DNA of 64,000 nucleotides from Anthoceros angustus (GCA_010909165.1 VJWM01000025.1:2108001-2172000), one strand, 5' to 3'; positions 11,694 to 23,068 are shown, counted from the stretch's first letter. Notes: generated by a model from the sequence alone, not told the origin. Numbers and translations: made by a program.

Positions 11694-13818
11694 ACCAGGA
11701 TCAGACATGCCACTGACAGGGTCACCTCATGGCTCGTGGCAGGGGAGCCCGTCCGTGGGCAAGACCGGCGCATGAGGAACACCGGTCTCTCCAACCACCT
11801 TATTCCCCTCACGGTGCTCTACGCTGCGAATGTAGACCCGTGAAGAGAATAGAACAAGTAGCCACAAATCGAAGACAGAGCAAACCCCCTACCTTCGACA
11901 ACCGCGTGCTGAGGAAGCTCTACCACATTGAAAATAAGGTCCATGTTGAGACCCGCCTGCTGCGCAGCTTCCTTGGCATCATTTTGAGAGACGTGAAGGA
12001 CCTCCTCCAGGCGTGTGAGGTCCCAGCCAATCCCCCAATCTATCGCTGTCATCAGCGCTGTGCGTGAGTAAACCCAAACCATGTCCACTTCCGGAGGAGC
12101 CAGCGGAGGCGCCGCTGGTGGAGGCACCGCAGGTAGTGCTGGTGCAGCTGCGGGTGGCGGAGGCGCTGCCGCTAGAGGTGCAGGTTTTGCCGCTGGAGGT
12201 GCAAGTGCCGCTACCGGAGGTGCAGCCGCCGGTGGTGCGGTGTGCCGCTACCGGAGGTGCAAAGGCTGGTAGCCGCCGCAAACCCTATCGCCCCACACTA
12301 TGCTAACCTCCGCATAGAAATAAAGGAAAAGGATAGATTCACGGGTGTAGACTACGATGTCTGGGCTACCCGGATGCAGGGACATCTTGAAGACGCAGAC
12401 CTATGGACAATAGTCGATGGGTCGGTCCCCTGCCCTGCAAATGGAACCCCAGACTATGATCAGTGGATAAAATCCGACAGAAGAGCCCGCAATCTGCTAA
12501 TTGCCGGCCTCGACAAAGACATGGTTCACCACACCTTCGGTGCCTCTACGGCACAAACCATCTGGGAACGCTTCAAACAGTGTTTCTCAGCATAGGGGTT
12601 TGTCTCCGAACCCCATTTTGGCCCCAACCATCCAGAAATGCACATGTCTCATTTCACTTTTGATTTAACCCACGCCCCATGCATCCGAGCCCAAGGAAGA
12701 CCTATGTGCCCACCGTCCGCACAAATGACGGACACACCTTTGTACCAAGTGGCCGGATGACTGGCGCACTTATGCTCCAAAGAGCTGGAGTGCACCGAAC
12801 GTCCGCGCACTTATACTCCAAAGAGGTGCAATACACCGGGTTTGGAGAGGGTTGCGTCAATACTTGTGTAGGCAAGCACTTTCGTTCAAGTTGCTTGTGC
12901 ACACTTGCCACCGCACCAACACTCACATCAATTCTCTTTTCAAACCCCGTGATTCAGAGCAATCCTGCACGCATACTGCCCCGACCGCCCCTCCGTGTCG
13001 GAGATAAGCCGCACTTAGATCTGCGGCATTGGGCCCATGAGAATTGGACAAGGTAAAGGATGGTGAGGCCTCCTCAACCGCTCTTGATCAAACTCTTCGT
13101 AGCTTACATTTCTTCTTGTCAAGTCCGCATCGCTTTCAACCTTAATCTATCCATGGGTGGCACATGGAGCAAGTCGATCTTAAATTCAAAATCTCTGGCG
13201 AAGCTTGGCTATAGTTCGTCTCGAACACCTAGTGCGCCACACCGTAGTGGGCGCCACAAAGGTATAGACAGTCCTCCTTCGAGCCTCACCGAAATACTCA
13301 CCATTTGGTCAAAACCCCATTTCGGGCGAGCCCTCTTTCTTCAGATACTCGCTGGCTCTCACTAGGGCTCGCAGTGGCCAGGCAGATGCTCTCTTATGCT
13401 TGTGTTCGACTGCATCCGACAGGCTTTCATTACTCAAGGAAAAATCATCTATTCTATTTATTTTCTTGCTTCTCTGCAAAACATTGTGAAACATTGTCGT
13501 CTTCAAAAGGTTGGCCATTAGAAACCACCATCATACATGTCGAATTTTGGAAAATGTAGCTCATCTAGAAACCAAGGCCTATGCATCTATACGCATCAAA
13601 CTCGAATGAGCGGACATTTGGCGACCAATCAAAGAGATCCAAATGCAAGTCATCGGAAGGGCACATAGAGTAAGGCCAAAAGGTTTTACATGTTGTATAC
13701 AAAGCGAATGTGGAATATAACATCAACCAACAAATGATTTTCAAAAATAATATTCATGACTTTACGCCTAGATACCGGGATGATTTACAAATTTTTCAAA
13801 CCACTAAAAATCAACACT

Positions 13819-14014
13819 CCATCCTAGTATTGATACGCCTCTAGGTTGCTTAAGAGTGGAGTTGTTACAAAGTTTTCAAAGCGCCAAAAACAAGCAAGCC
13901 ATCCTAGCACTAATCTGACCCAAGAGTGCATAACCGGGAAGTTCTAAAAGCACCAAAGTCAAGCACCCCATCCTAGTACTGATCCGACCCAGGGGTGCTT
14001 AACTTTGGAGTTCT
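13819..14014 (-). promoter_or_regulatory. Three tandem 5S rRNA internal-control-region-like units (A box / IE / C box)
   Basis: Units at 13819-13865, 13899-13945 and ~13967-14014. The best unit reads AGAACTCCAAAGTTAAGCACCCCTGGGTCGGATCAGTACTAGGATGGG on the minus strand, ungapped against plant 5S rRNA nt ~40-87 (37/48 against the angiosperm sequence recalled from memory). Confidence 0.8.
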
Positions 14015-14083
14015 TACGCCATTGAGTCTATCTGCACCTATCCCGAGCAGATGTTCAAAGAAGACAAACAATAAATATAGATG

Positions 14084-14450
14084 TGCGCCGGACGTCCGGC
14101 GCATCCACTCCACCATTTCCATCTCGCTGGACGCCCACAAGATTGGGGTCTCCAGAAAATGCGCCGGACGTCCGGCGCAGGCTTTAGCAGACTCGCGCCA
14201 ATGTGCCGAACGTCCGGCGCATTGTTCCAATTCCTTCTATGTTTTTCACTCTAACAATGGAGATCCCAGGGTTGTGTACTCACAGTGCACCAGACGTCCA
14301 GCGCTACTTTTTAGAGTCGTAGTTTGGTCCTCTCGAGATGGCCATGATCAGGCTATCGGTTAATGTTCTCTCACAATTGCGCCGGACGTCCGGCAGCTTG
14401 CTTTTTTCGCCATAATTGCTACTTTTGCGTGTTGGTTGCGGACGTCCGCC
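14084..14450. repeat. Dispersed palindrome array TGCGCCGGACGTCCGGCGCA inside the TIR element
   Basis: Perfect 20-bp palindromes at 14084 and 14160; degenerate copies at ~14203, 14285, 14378 and 14437; a related copy at ~12790. Confidence 0.9.
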
Positions 14451-17175
14451 ATTTTGGCTTGCTGGACTAATTTTGTTTGGTTTGCCTACTGCTCACCCCG
14501 CTAGGAAGTACTATCGTCATGAAAGAGGTGTTTAGGATTCCTAGCACCGTTAAAAATCCTTGAAATCCCTTCCTTGTGAAGGTGAAATCCATGAACCTTC
14601 TTCGGCTTCAACCTCATAGCGTAAGTATTCACGAGAAAATAACATGGTCAATGTCTTTCAAGACATGTCTAAAGAGTGGTTTTGCTAAAGATGATGCATT
14701 TTGGCCTGCCGGGTCATTTTTCGTCTTTAGGGACCCAAACCCCTTTAATGGAGAATAACCCCTATGCTGAGAGACGCTGTTTTCACTCAAATGTTCGAAG
14801 CCACCGACGCCCAACACTCCGCCACTGCCGTAAGGAACTTCCACAACCTTAAATATAAGGACGGGGAAAGTATCCAGGCACACCTTAGCACCTTCCGCAC
14901 ATTAAGAGCAAGACTGGCCTCCTGCGGGACTACCTTAACAGAGGATCAGGCGGCCATAGCCCTCCTGATGACCCCCGCGCCGGGCGCACATTTGTGGCAA
15001 CCTGCAGGCGGTGTCATGAAGGCCTCGCACAAGAAGCTTAAGCTAGGAGAACTCATGACCCTCTCGGAGGTCATTGCTGCTATAATTGAGGAGGACGCGG
15101 CTAGGGGTCCCTCTAAGAGTGTAGCCCCTGCACAAGCTCTCTTCACCTCACGTTCTAATGGACAGAGACAGACACGAAACAGGAATTGGCAAAGCAGGAA
15201 GGGAGGGGAAGGTTCTTCCCAATCAAGCCCTGCTAACCCCCGTCGTAAGGGGAACTGTAATTGGTGCAGGAAGCTGGGGCACTATGAGCGAGAGTGCCGC
15301 AGCAAGCAAGCCGGTGAAGGAAACAAGGTTCCCCAAGTGCTCACCTTACACAGAGACCGCCAACAATTCTGATTACCATGCTGACCACCACCACTGGAAG
15401 CTACTCCTCTTGGTACTTGGACAGCGGTGCGTCAGCTCATGTCTGCAAAGACCGTAATTGTTTTAGTACCTATCGAATCCTACATGGAGGAGAATCGATT
15501 TATGTGGCTGACAATAGGTCTGCAGAAGTAATTGGCACTGGCACAGTTACCCTACAGTGCAGAACTGGAGGCACGATATCACTTTCAGATGTGCTCCATA
15601 TGCCGACGGTCAGCAAGAACGGTATCTGTGAGCACTCTAACGGATGACAAGCAATACGAGATTCACTTCAAAGCTCAAAAATGCGAGATTTGTCCCTATG
15701 ATAATCCCGTTGATGTTACCTGCCAGGGATCAAAGGAAGACATGCTCTGTCTCTTGGAAGCCTCCTCTCTTCTAGGAACAGCTCACCTAGCTCGGACTTT
15801 GACAAAGGCAGAGATAACCAAGCTTTGGCACCTACGTCTAGGTCATCCCAGCTTGAGGCACATGAAAGCAATGAAAGCCAACTATATGCTGACCCCCTTC
15901 CGGAATTCAGTGATTCTCTATTCTGTGAAGGCTACCTGCTAGGGAAAAGTAAGGAAGTGCCATACCCACGTGCTTCCTCTCACCGTGCCACCGAGCTACT
16001 TGAGCTGGTGCATATCGATCTTTGCGGACCCATGTCCACACACTCGTTTGGAGGAGCTTCTTACTTTATGCCTATCATTGACGACAAGTCTCGTATGATT
16101 CACGCTTACTTCCTCCGGCTGAAGAGTGAAGCCTTTACCAAGTTCAAGGAGTTCCACGCAATGGCTGAACTTCAGACCGGCTATAAGCTCAAGTGTGTAC
16201 GCTCGGATGGAGGAGGCGAATTCCTCTCTGGTGAGTTTAACTCCTACCTTACAGAACGAGGCACTTGTTGCCGTCCCCTATGCATCAGTCACCGTCCCCT
16301 ACGCATCACTCGACAAGTCACCGTCCCCTACGCTCACGCACAAAACGGTGTGGCCGAGAACTGCAATCGAAGGCTCCAGGAGATGGCCAGGGCCATGCTC
16401 CCACATGCCACTCTGTCGCGTGGTTACAGGGCTGAGGTTGTCTCTACCGCAACACACTTGCTAAACCGACTGCCTCCCTCTGCTTTTCCGACACAGACCC
16501 CCTTTGAGGCTTGGACTGGACACAGGCCCTCTCTCTCCCATCTTCGGATTTTTGGGGCTGATGCTTATTCATGGATTCCCAAGGAGAAACGCCATCAGCT
16601 CCACGATTCCAAGAGTGGAAAATTTGACACCCGAGCACAGAAGCTGATATTCGTCGGATACATTGATGGCGTGAAAGGATACAAACTTGTCCACCCAACC
16701 TCACATCAAATCACCATTTCTCGGAGCGTCTATGTTCGCAAGCACCTTGATGCTCCAGGAAACAACGGGAGCATTATTGGCTCTTATCCCGACCTCGACG
16801 ACCCCGTTCGCAATGAGGAGGAGAATATGGTTGAAATTGAGCTCTCTGAAATTGAGCCTCCGCCAGTGGACCAAGCTGCCCAAGTTCCCCAGGCTGTGCA
16901 GCCACCAGTGCACCAACCTGCTGCTCAAATTGGTCCATTCCTCCCTCCGGCCGTCGATGCAGGTCAAGCCCCGATTTCCCAAGCTGCTGCTGCACCCGGA
17001 GTAATTAATCCTGCTCCCGCTAGAGTAAATCCACCAGCTGCCATACCCAAGAGGCGCCAATCCGCAAGAGCTCGCCGTCGTCCTGCTTATCTTGACGACT
17101 ACCATGTGCCCGGTCTTGCTCCACAGCAACCTACTCCAGCAGATACGGCTCCCATTGCTCCTGAAATTGAGAATC

Positions 17176-17289
17176 CACCTACACATGCTCACAAGACTTA
17201 GCATACATGAGAACAAGAGTAACGATGAGATGAAATCTGACTGATCTGTAACAAAGAAAACAATGTCGTACCTTTGTGCATTTCCTTCA
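17176..17289 (+). repeat. Truncated 3' LTR of copia remnant 1
   Basis: Only the 3' ~110 bp of the LTR is present, fused directly to post-integrase coding sequence at CACCTACAC. Ends TTCCTTCA. Confidence 0.85.
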
Positions 17290-18200
17290 CTGCAACCACC
17301 TTCAAAGACGAAGCCACACAATATCCTAATAGATTGCGTCTTTACGACAGGGGAAGAAGTCTCATTAAAATATGCACCTTGCACTTGTGTGAAGCCCCGA
17401 GCCACAAGACGTGACTTGTAGCGTGCTATCTCCCATGCTGCATTTAATTTGTGTTAAATACCCATTTGCAGCGAACCGTTTTCCTACCTGCTGGCAATGG
17501 ACATAATTCCCACCGTGGCTAGAGACGAAAGTTTGGTAGCTGGGAGGAAGGCGCATGAGAAGTGCGCGATGGCATCCAGCTTGCTCATGGTTGAGCCAAG
17601 TGAAGTAAGCAGGTCACAGAGCTGCCTGAATTTGCTTACGAAAACAAGTGCTCTATCTCCCTCCTTCATCCACAAATTGTAGAACTTAGCTTTGGCAGTA
17701 CACAAGGTTAAGATGTTCTTCACTTCATATGTTTCATGGAGTTGATCCCAAATCTCTTTAGCATCAGAGAGGTATTCAAAATTAGGATTGAGAATCTCCT
17801 CAAGGCCGCTGATAAGGAGTGCTCTAGCAACGTTATTGTAGTTGTTCCATTTATCCTTAATTAGCAGGCTTTGTGATGGTGGCAGTGGTTGTGGTAGAAG
17901 TTGTAGCAGGTGCATCAGGGCTGGTGTATGAGTCATCCACAATGCATCATATGTAGTGGTTTGGGTATGGAGACGAGAGGCAGAGGTGGTGGAGGTGGTG
18001 GAGGTGGTGGAGGTGGTGGAGGTGGTGGAGGTGGTGGAGGTGGTGGAGGTGGTGGAGGTGGTGGAGGTGGTGGAGGTGGTGGAGGAGGAGTCGTCATCCT
18101 AACAGCACGAGAAGGAGGGGGATGGCACAACAAAGGAGAGCCAGGAAATCAAGGGGAAAGTGACACAGTCGAGAAGGGAGAAATGAACAGGTGCAAGGAG
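17290..18200 (-). mobile_element. Ty1/copia remnant 2 (antisense), gag fused directly to RT by internal deletion
   Basis: Minus strand: poly-Pro N-terminus and UBN2 gag (ARALLISGL...AKEIWDQL...LPPSYQTFVSS), then directly the RT start WELCPLPAGRKTVRCKWVF...RYKSRLVARGFTQVQG...PVVKTQSIRIL. Confidence 0.85.
17985..18089. repeat. (GGTGGTGGA)n microsatellite, ~11 units; poly-Pro in remnant-2 gag
   Basis: Read directly from the sequence. Confidence 0.95.
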
Positions 18201-18959
18201 GTAGCCAAATCGAGGACAAAGCCTAGGTATGCACTCCCTCGTTCTGAAATTTGTCGCTTTAAAACTGGTGGCCTTTAATTCTTGTTTTTTCCTTGGTCGC
18301 AGGGGTGCAGTGAGCAAGCACAACACAGAGAGGAGTTACGTGCCACAAGGCGCATCCCTTGAAATCTGCCATGGTTCCGTCAGAACCAGGAGATGCCCAA
18401 AACTTGAAAATGGCAGGTGACGTTCAAAATCTCGAGCAAAAGCTCGAGCATGCTTATGCCGAATCATGGTGTATCACCTCAGGAATGTGAAGAACTTTCT
18501 CCATCAGTAAGACAAGCTTCTTTTGTTGAATCCTTAGGCTGGTGATGATGGCCTCCAAGCTTTGAAGGTCTCGAATTCTCACAAGGGCACTCTAATTGGC
18601 TAAGAATTGAGTGCCTGCAGCGCAATCCTTCGGAGTGACAGGTAGAAAAATTGCCTTCACCTGCTAAGAGGGAAATTGCTAAGTTTGTCGAGTTGCAGGC
18701 TTTGTGCAGGAATAAGGACTCTTGAGGAGTCAAAACGCCTTTTCTCTAGTGGTGATGGATAGTAGAAGTAGGCTTCTAGATATGCCTGTGCCTCGGCATT
18801 TTTAGGTGCAGGCTTTTCAATGAACTGAAATTGATTCATTATCACTTGAGCAGCGGAAGTAAGCCCATCCCGTATGTGCAAAAGGATGTGGAAGCTATCT
18901 AGGCTCTATGCAGGATGGCGTGAAGATGCCTGACATTACTTTGCAGGTAAAAGACTATC

Positions 18960-21900
18960 CCTATCCCTGGACTTTGTTTGTGGTGGATCAGGAATGATAA
19001 ACTATCCTTCGAGAAGGGACCGAGCATCAGGAAAAGACTGGCCAGCCTAGCGTTCGCAGCAGGAACTCGAAATGCTATCCTGCCTAAGTTATGCTTTTAA
19101 TACTAATGCAGCCGCTTCTACTTCTACATCTGCGGTGCCATCTTATCTGTTTGCTGCTCACTCTTCTATGTTGTTACCGGAACCCCTCCTCGATTGGTGG
19201 CTCCTTGATAGTGGCTACACAGAGCATATGACTCTTGGAAGAGACTAGTTTCTCACGTATGATCCTTTATAGGAGAAGGAACCATTTCATTTTGGTGACA
19301 ACTCCACCCTTAAGGGTGTTGCTACAAGCACAGTACAAATCCAGATACAAGGCGTTATTGCCTATGTAAAAGATGTATTACATGTCCCTGGCCTTTCTCA
19401 AAATTTGCTATCTGCACATTAGACCACGTTAAAGGTCGTCAACTCCATTACCTTTCAAGGCGAGGCTGTGAAGTAGAGTTGCGAGCATCTTATGGCCAAA
19501 GCTTGCAATTTGTATGTCCTCTTGTTGGATGCCTTTATCCTATAGCTCGTGGCCTAGCTCCTTCGACTGTTAGTCAATCTAATCCTGTAACTTTGCCCTC
19601 AGGTCCTCCTTCATTCAGCCTAGTCACAGATAACAAGCTAAGTCAATAGACCGCATTGTGGCATTTGAGGTTATCTCATCTCCACATTCAGGGCTTACAT
19701 AAAATGCAGAAGCACCAGATGGTTATAGGTTTACCTCCACTATCTAACTTCTCTTTCTGCCCTAGTTGCCTTGTTGGCAAACAACACAAGCAACCATATC
19801 CAAGGTCAGCTTCTACTACATCTCATCCACTTGAGGTTGTTCATGCTGACTTATGTGGCTCCATGCAGACACCTTCCCTTGCAGGCATATTGTACATGTT
19901 TGTTATTCTAGATGACTTCAGCCACTTTACTACCCTCTACTTTCTCACTCATAAGTCAGAGGCCTTTCCTAGTTTTAAAATATTTCAGGCCTTCGCTGAA
20001 AATCAAACTGGCCAGAAAATTAAAAATTTTCGGTCAGACAATGCTAAGAAACTAACATCTCTAGCTTTTGAAGCCCATTTGATCAACTGTGGCATCCAAC
20101 ATCAGAAGATTGTGCCTTATGCACATCAACAATTGGGCAAGGCAGAGTGTCGCAACAGGTCGCTACTTGATGCTATGTGCAGCTCTTCGGCTACAGCTCA
20201 TCTTCTACATTCTTTATGGGCTGATGTTGCAGCCATATTTTGTTATGTGCAAAACCGCTGCAGCACCTCTATTATTGCTGCTAAGACTCCCTATAAATTG
20301 TGGACAAGATGCAAGCCCAATATTAGCCATCTCCGAGTTTTTGTTTGTGATGCCTATGCCCATGTTCCACCAGAATTGTGGAAGAAATTGGATCCACGAT
20401 CCATCAAATTAACCTTCATTGGCTATGGCGAATCTAATGGGGTTAAAGGCTATCGCTTGCTAGACAGATGTACTCAGTGGATCATTCTTGCCCGGAATGT
20501 CATATTTGATGAGCTGCCCCTCTTGTCCAACCCTCCAACTTCGCCTCTCCAAGATGATATGGGCGGTGCTCACCTTGACTCCACGGTGAAATCTTTTGAT
20601 GATGGTACTCCCTATGTTCCTTTGATACCTACGGCGCCTAATCCAACACCTACTCAACCTTGTGCTCTCACCGCACTTGCTATACCTGTCCGATCTAGTA
20701 CTCCGCACATAGTTGAGGATGATTTTGGCCTTGGCTCCATAGTTGTCCCTGGTAGATCTGTGAAGCTATCGGGGCAAGCAGGAGCAAACACAGCAGCTTT
20801 AGCTGCACAAACTCTTGAGGACTTGACTCTAACACCTCCACCTGCAGCACAAAATGGTCCACGTTTGAGACGATTAACAAGAGCAACTAGAGGAGTACCA
20901 GGTACACGTTTGGATGATCTTGAGTTCTCACACGTGGACTAATAGCCAACTCTATCTCCATGGCCATCATCAATGATCCTCGTGCTGTTCGGGAGGCCCT
21001 TAATGGTGAAGAAGGCACGGAGTGGCGAGCAGCTATGAATTGAGAGTTCAACTCTCTTATTGCTATTGAAACTTGGACTCTCGTAGACCCTCCTCCTGGG
21101 AGAAGTATTGAGACCAACAAATGGGTACTAAAGATTCTTTACTGAAGAAATACAACGCTGATGGTAGCCTTTCCCAGTGTAAAGGCAGACTTGTCGCATG
21201 TAGTTTTACCCAGAAGGATGGCTTAGATTATCAAAACGAAAGCACCTTCAGCCCTGTTGTCAAGCTGACCTCTTTGCGGATCATGCTTTCTATCTCTGCC
21301 ATCCACAACCAGCATGTGCATCAAATGGATGTACAAACTGCAATTCTGAATGGCATTCTTCAAGAAGAAATCTTTCTACAACAACCGGAGGGCTATATCA
21401 AACCTGGTGAAGCCCACAAAGTATGCAAACTCCACAATACCTTATACGAATTAGAACAGTCACCTTGTGGATGGTATGAAAGATTGCAAATCTTTCTCTT
21501 AAGCAAGGGTCTCATCAAGTCTAATGCAAATTCCAGCGTCTTCATAAGAAGATAGGGAAACTCTCATATCATATTAGGAGTTTATGTTGATGACCTTGTT
21601 CTATGTTCCAACAACCTGAGCTTTCTCAATTTGATCGAAAGTGAACTCAGCAAGGAGTTCCTAATGACTGACAATGGCGTTATCAAGTTTCTACTTGGCG
21701 TATAGGTTATTATCAACATAAATAACATTAGTTTTTATCAAGAAAGGTATATTATAAACATGCTAGATAAATATCAGATGCAGAATTGCAAACCTGTCGA
21801 CAACTCCATGCAAACTGGCGAGAGGCTATGTTCCTCTATGTGCCCAAGCACTCCTACAAAAATAGAAGAAATGAAGGATATACCCTATAAAGTCGTTGTG

Positions 21901-22265
21901 GGCAGTATACAACACCTAGTTCAAAATACGAGACTTGATGTTGCATGTGCATGCAATCATATTGCTCATTTCAAGCCTCACATAGGAAGCCACATTGGGT
22001 GCTACAAAGCGCATCCTTCGATATCTTCTAAAGACAAAGACTACAGGAATTATGTACACTGGTGGTGAGGTTGCACAAGACAAGCTCTTAGGATGGACAG
22101 ACTTAGATTGGGCTAGTGATGCGGACTCCAGAAAATCGACATGAGGGTATGTCTTCACTCTTGCTGGCAAAGCTGTCAACTGGAAGAGCAAGAGGCAAGC
22201 TTGTATTGCTTTAAGCTTAGCATAAGCCGAGTATATTGCTGCTATTACTGCCGCCAAAGAAGCCA
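18960..22265 (+). mobile_element. Ty1/copia remnant 3 (ZnK-PR-IN-RT-partial RNase H), multiple stops and frameshifts
   Basis: WWLLDSGYTEHMT, LWHLRLSH, EVVHADLCGSM, LDPRSIKLTFIGY, RLVACSFTQKDGLDY, HQMDVQTAILNG, GVYVDDL, WTDLDWASDADSRKST, AEYIAA. No LTRs found. Confidence 0.9.
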
Positions 22266-22800
22266 CTCATTCCACTCTACTCTTCTCTGACATCCATCCC
22301 GCCAGAGGCGAGACTATACTTCCTTTGCCTCTCGGAAGGAAATAACCAAGAAGTTGCGAGGAAACTGTTCGATCCGCACACGAGAACCGGTAGACCACTG
22401 GACCAATCCAATCCTCGCTTCTGAAGTTTAGTCACGATGAGTGCACATATATCATCTCCTGGTTCAATCATCCGTAAAATCTACGATGCCATGTATTTCC
22501 GGTCGTAATACGATGGGACACAAACGTGGAAGCGAACGGAGACGGTTGTTTCATTAATTTAAGGCCGATCACGAACGGGATGAACTGATACTGAGATACT
22601 GCGATCAGCAAGAATCCAGAGGAGGCAATACTGTCGTGCAGGTAAATATTCCATATCAGTCAAATCACGAGGAACGATTACACGTTCACATTGTTTGAAC
22701 ATACTAAAGAAGCTAGACAATGGTGTTAAAAGACCCTACTAGAGCTTCCATAAAAATTAGTCGGAACAACCAATGGGTGACACCGGCTTAGAGCGCCACT

Positions 22801-22823
22801 AACAGACATTACTCAGCATAGGG
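22801..22823 (+). mobile_element. Orphan terminus resembling the TIR of the 12576-14781 element
   Basis: AACAGACATTACTCAGCATAGGG versus TIR AACAGTGTTTCTCAGCATAGGGG: shared terminal AACAG and an exact 12-mer. No partner TIR seen. Confidence 0.5.
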
Positions 22824-23068
22824 AAAATTTTGGAACACTCCTGCATTCCGCCTCGCCACCAGAAATTCTCCCTCCGCACACTATTCTTACATGACAGGCT
22901 GCGAAGACTAACCTTTCGCCAGGTGGAGATCGCAGTACAACATGAGGCACCTACAGGGTAAGAAACCCCTCTCATCCTCTCTCCACGGAGGACTAAGATC
23001 CATTCGGTTAGTAGGTCACCAGAATAGGCATCCTGCCGTACCAATCCCAGCCAAACACATCCAGCAAC

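Larger units (their letters stand above)
12576..14781. mobile_element. Non-autonomous 2206-bp TIR DNA element with TTCA target duplication, inserted in copia gag
   Basis: TIRs at 12576-12607 and 14750-14781 match at 28/32 positions. TTCA at 12572-12575 and 14782-14785. Removing the element and one TTCA restores gag in frame (WERF-TQMFEA). Confidence 0.88.
11426..17289 (+). mobile_element. Ty1/copia LTR retrotransposon remnant 1 (gag-PR-IN; RT/RNase H missing; gag interrupted by TIR element)
   Basis: Starts TGTTG at 11426, degenerate iMet PBS, UBN2-type gag (YDVWATRMQGHL...), CCHC knuckle CNWCRKLGHYEREC, protease WYLDSGASAH, GAG-pre-integrase LWHLRLGH, integrase ELVHIDLCGP/QNGVAE. LTR-derived direct repeat ends CA at 17289. 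Confidence 0.92.

Noticed and set aside
13819-14014. Functional 5S rRNA genes
   Set aside because: Only nt ~40-87 of 5S are represented; the 5' and 3' arms are absent, so no 5S rRNA could be made.
12564-14790. hAT assignment of the TIR element (CAGTGTTTCTCA resembles hAT termini)
   Set aside because: With CAG ends the 8-bp flanks (GCTTCAAA, TTTTCACT) match at only 4/8. AACAG ends give an exact TTCA duplication and in-frame gag restoration.
17910-18278. Glycine-rich protein gene
   Set aside because: It is the plus-strand reading of the (GGTGGTGGA)n repeat, which is poly-Pro in the antisense copia gag.
18420-18900. LINE ORF2 C-terminal remnant on the minus strand
   Set aside because: Only vague similarity (WRKVLH) and no convincing motif series.
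22277-22720. Minus-strand frame with in-frame TAA/TAG stops as an organelle-derived, U-to-C-edited gene insertion
   Set aside because: The peptide resembles no plastid or mitochondrial protein I know; it is compatible with random sequence.
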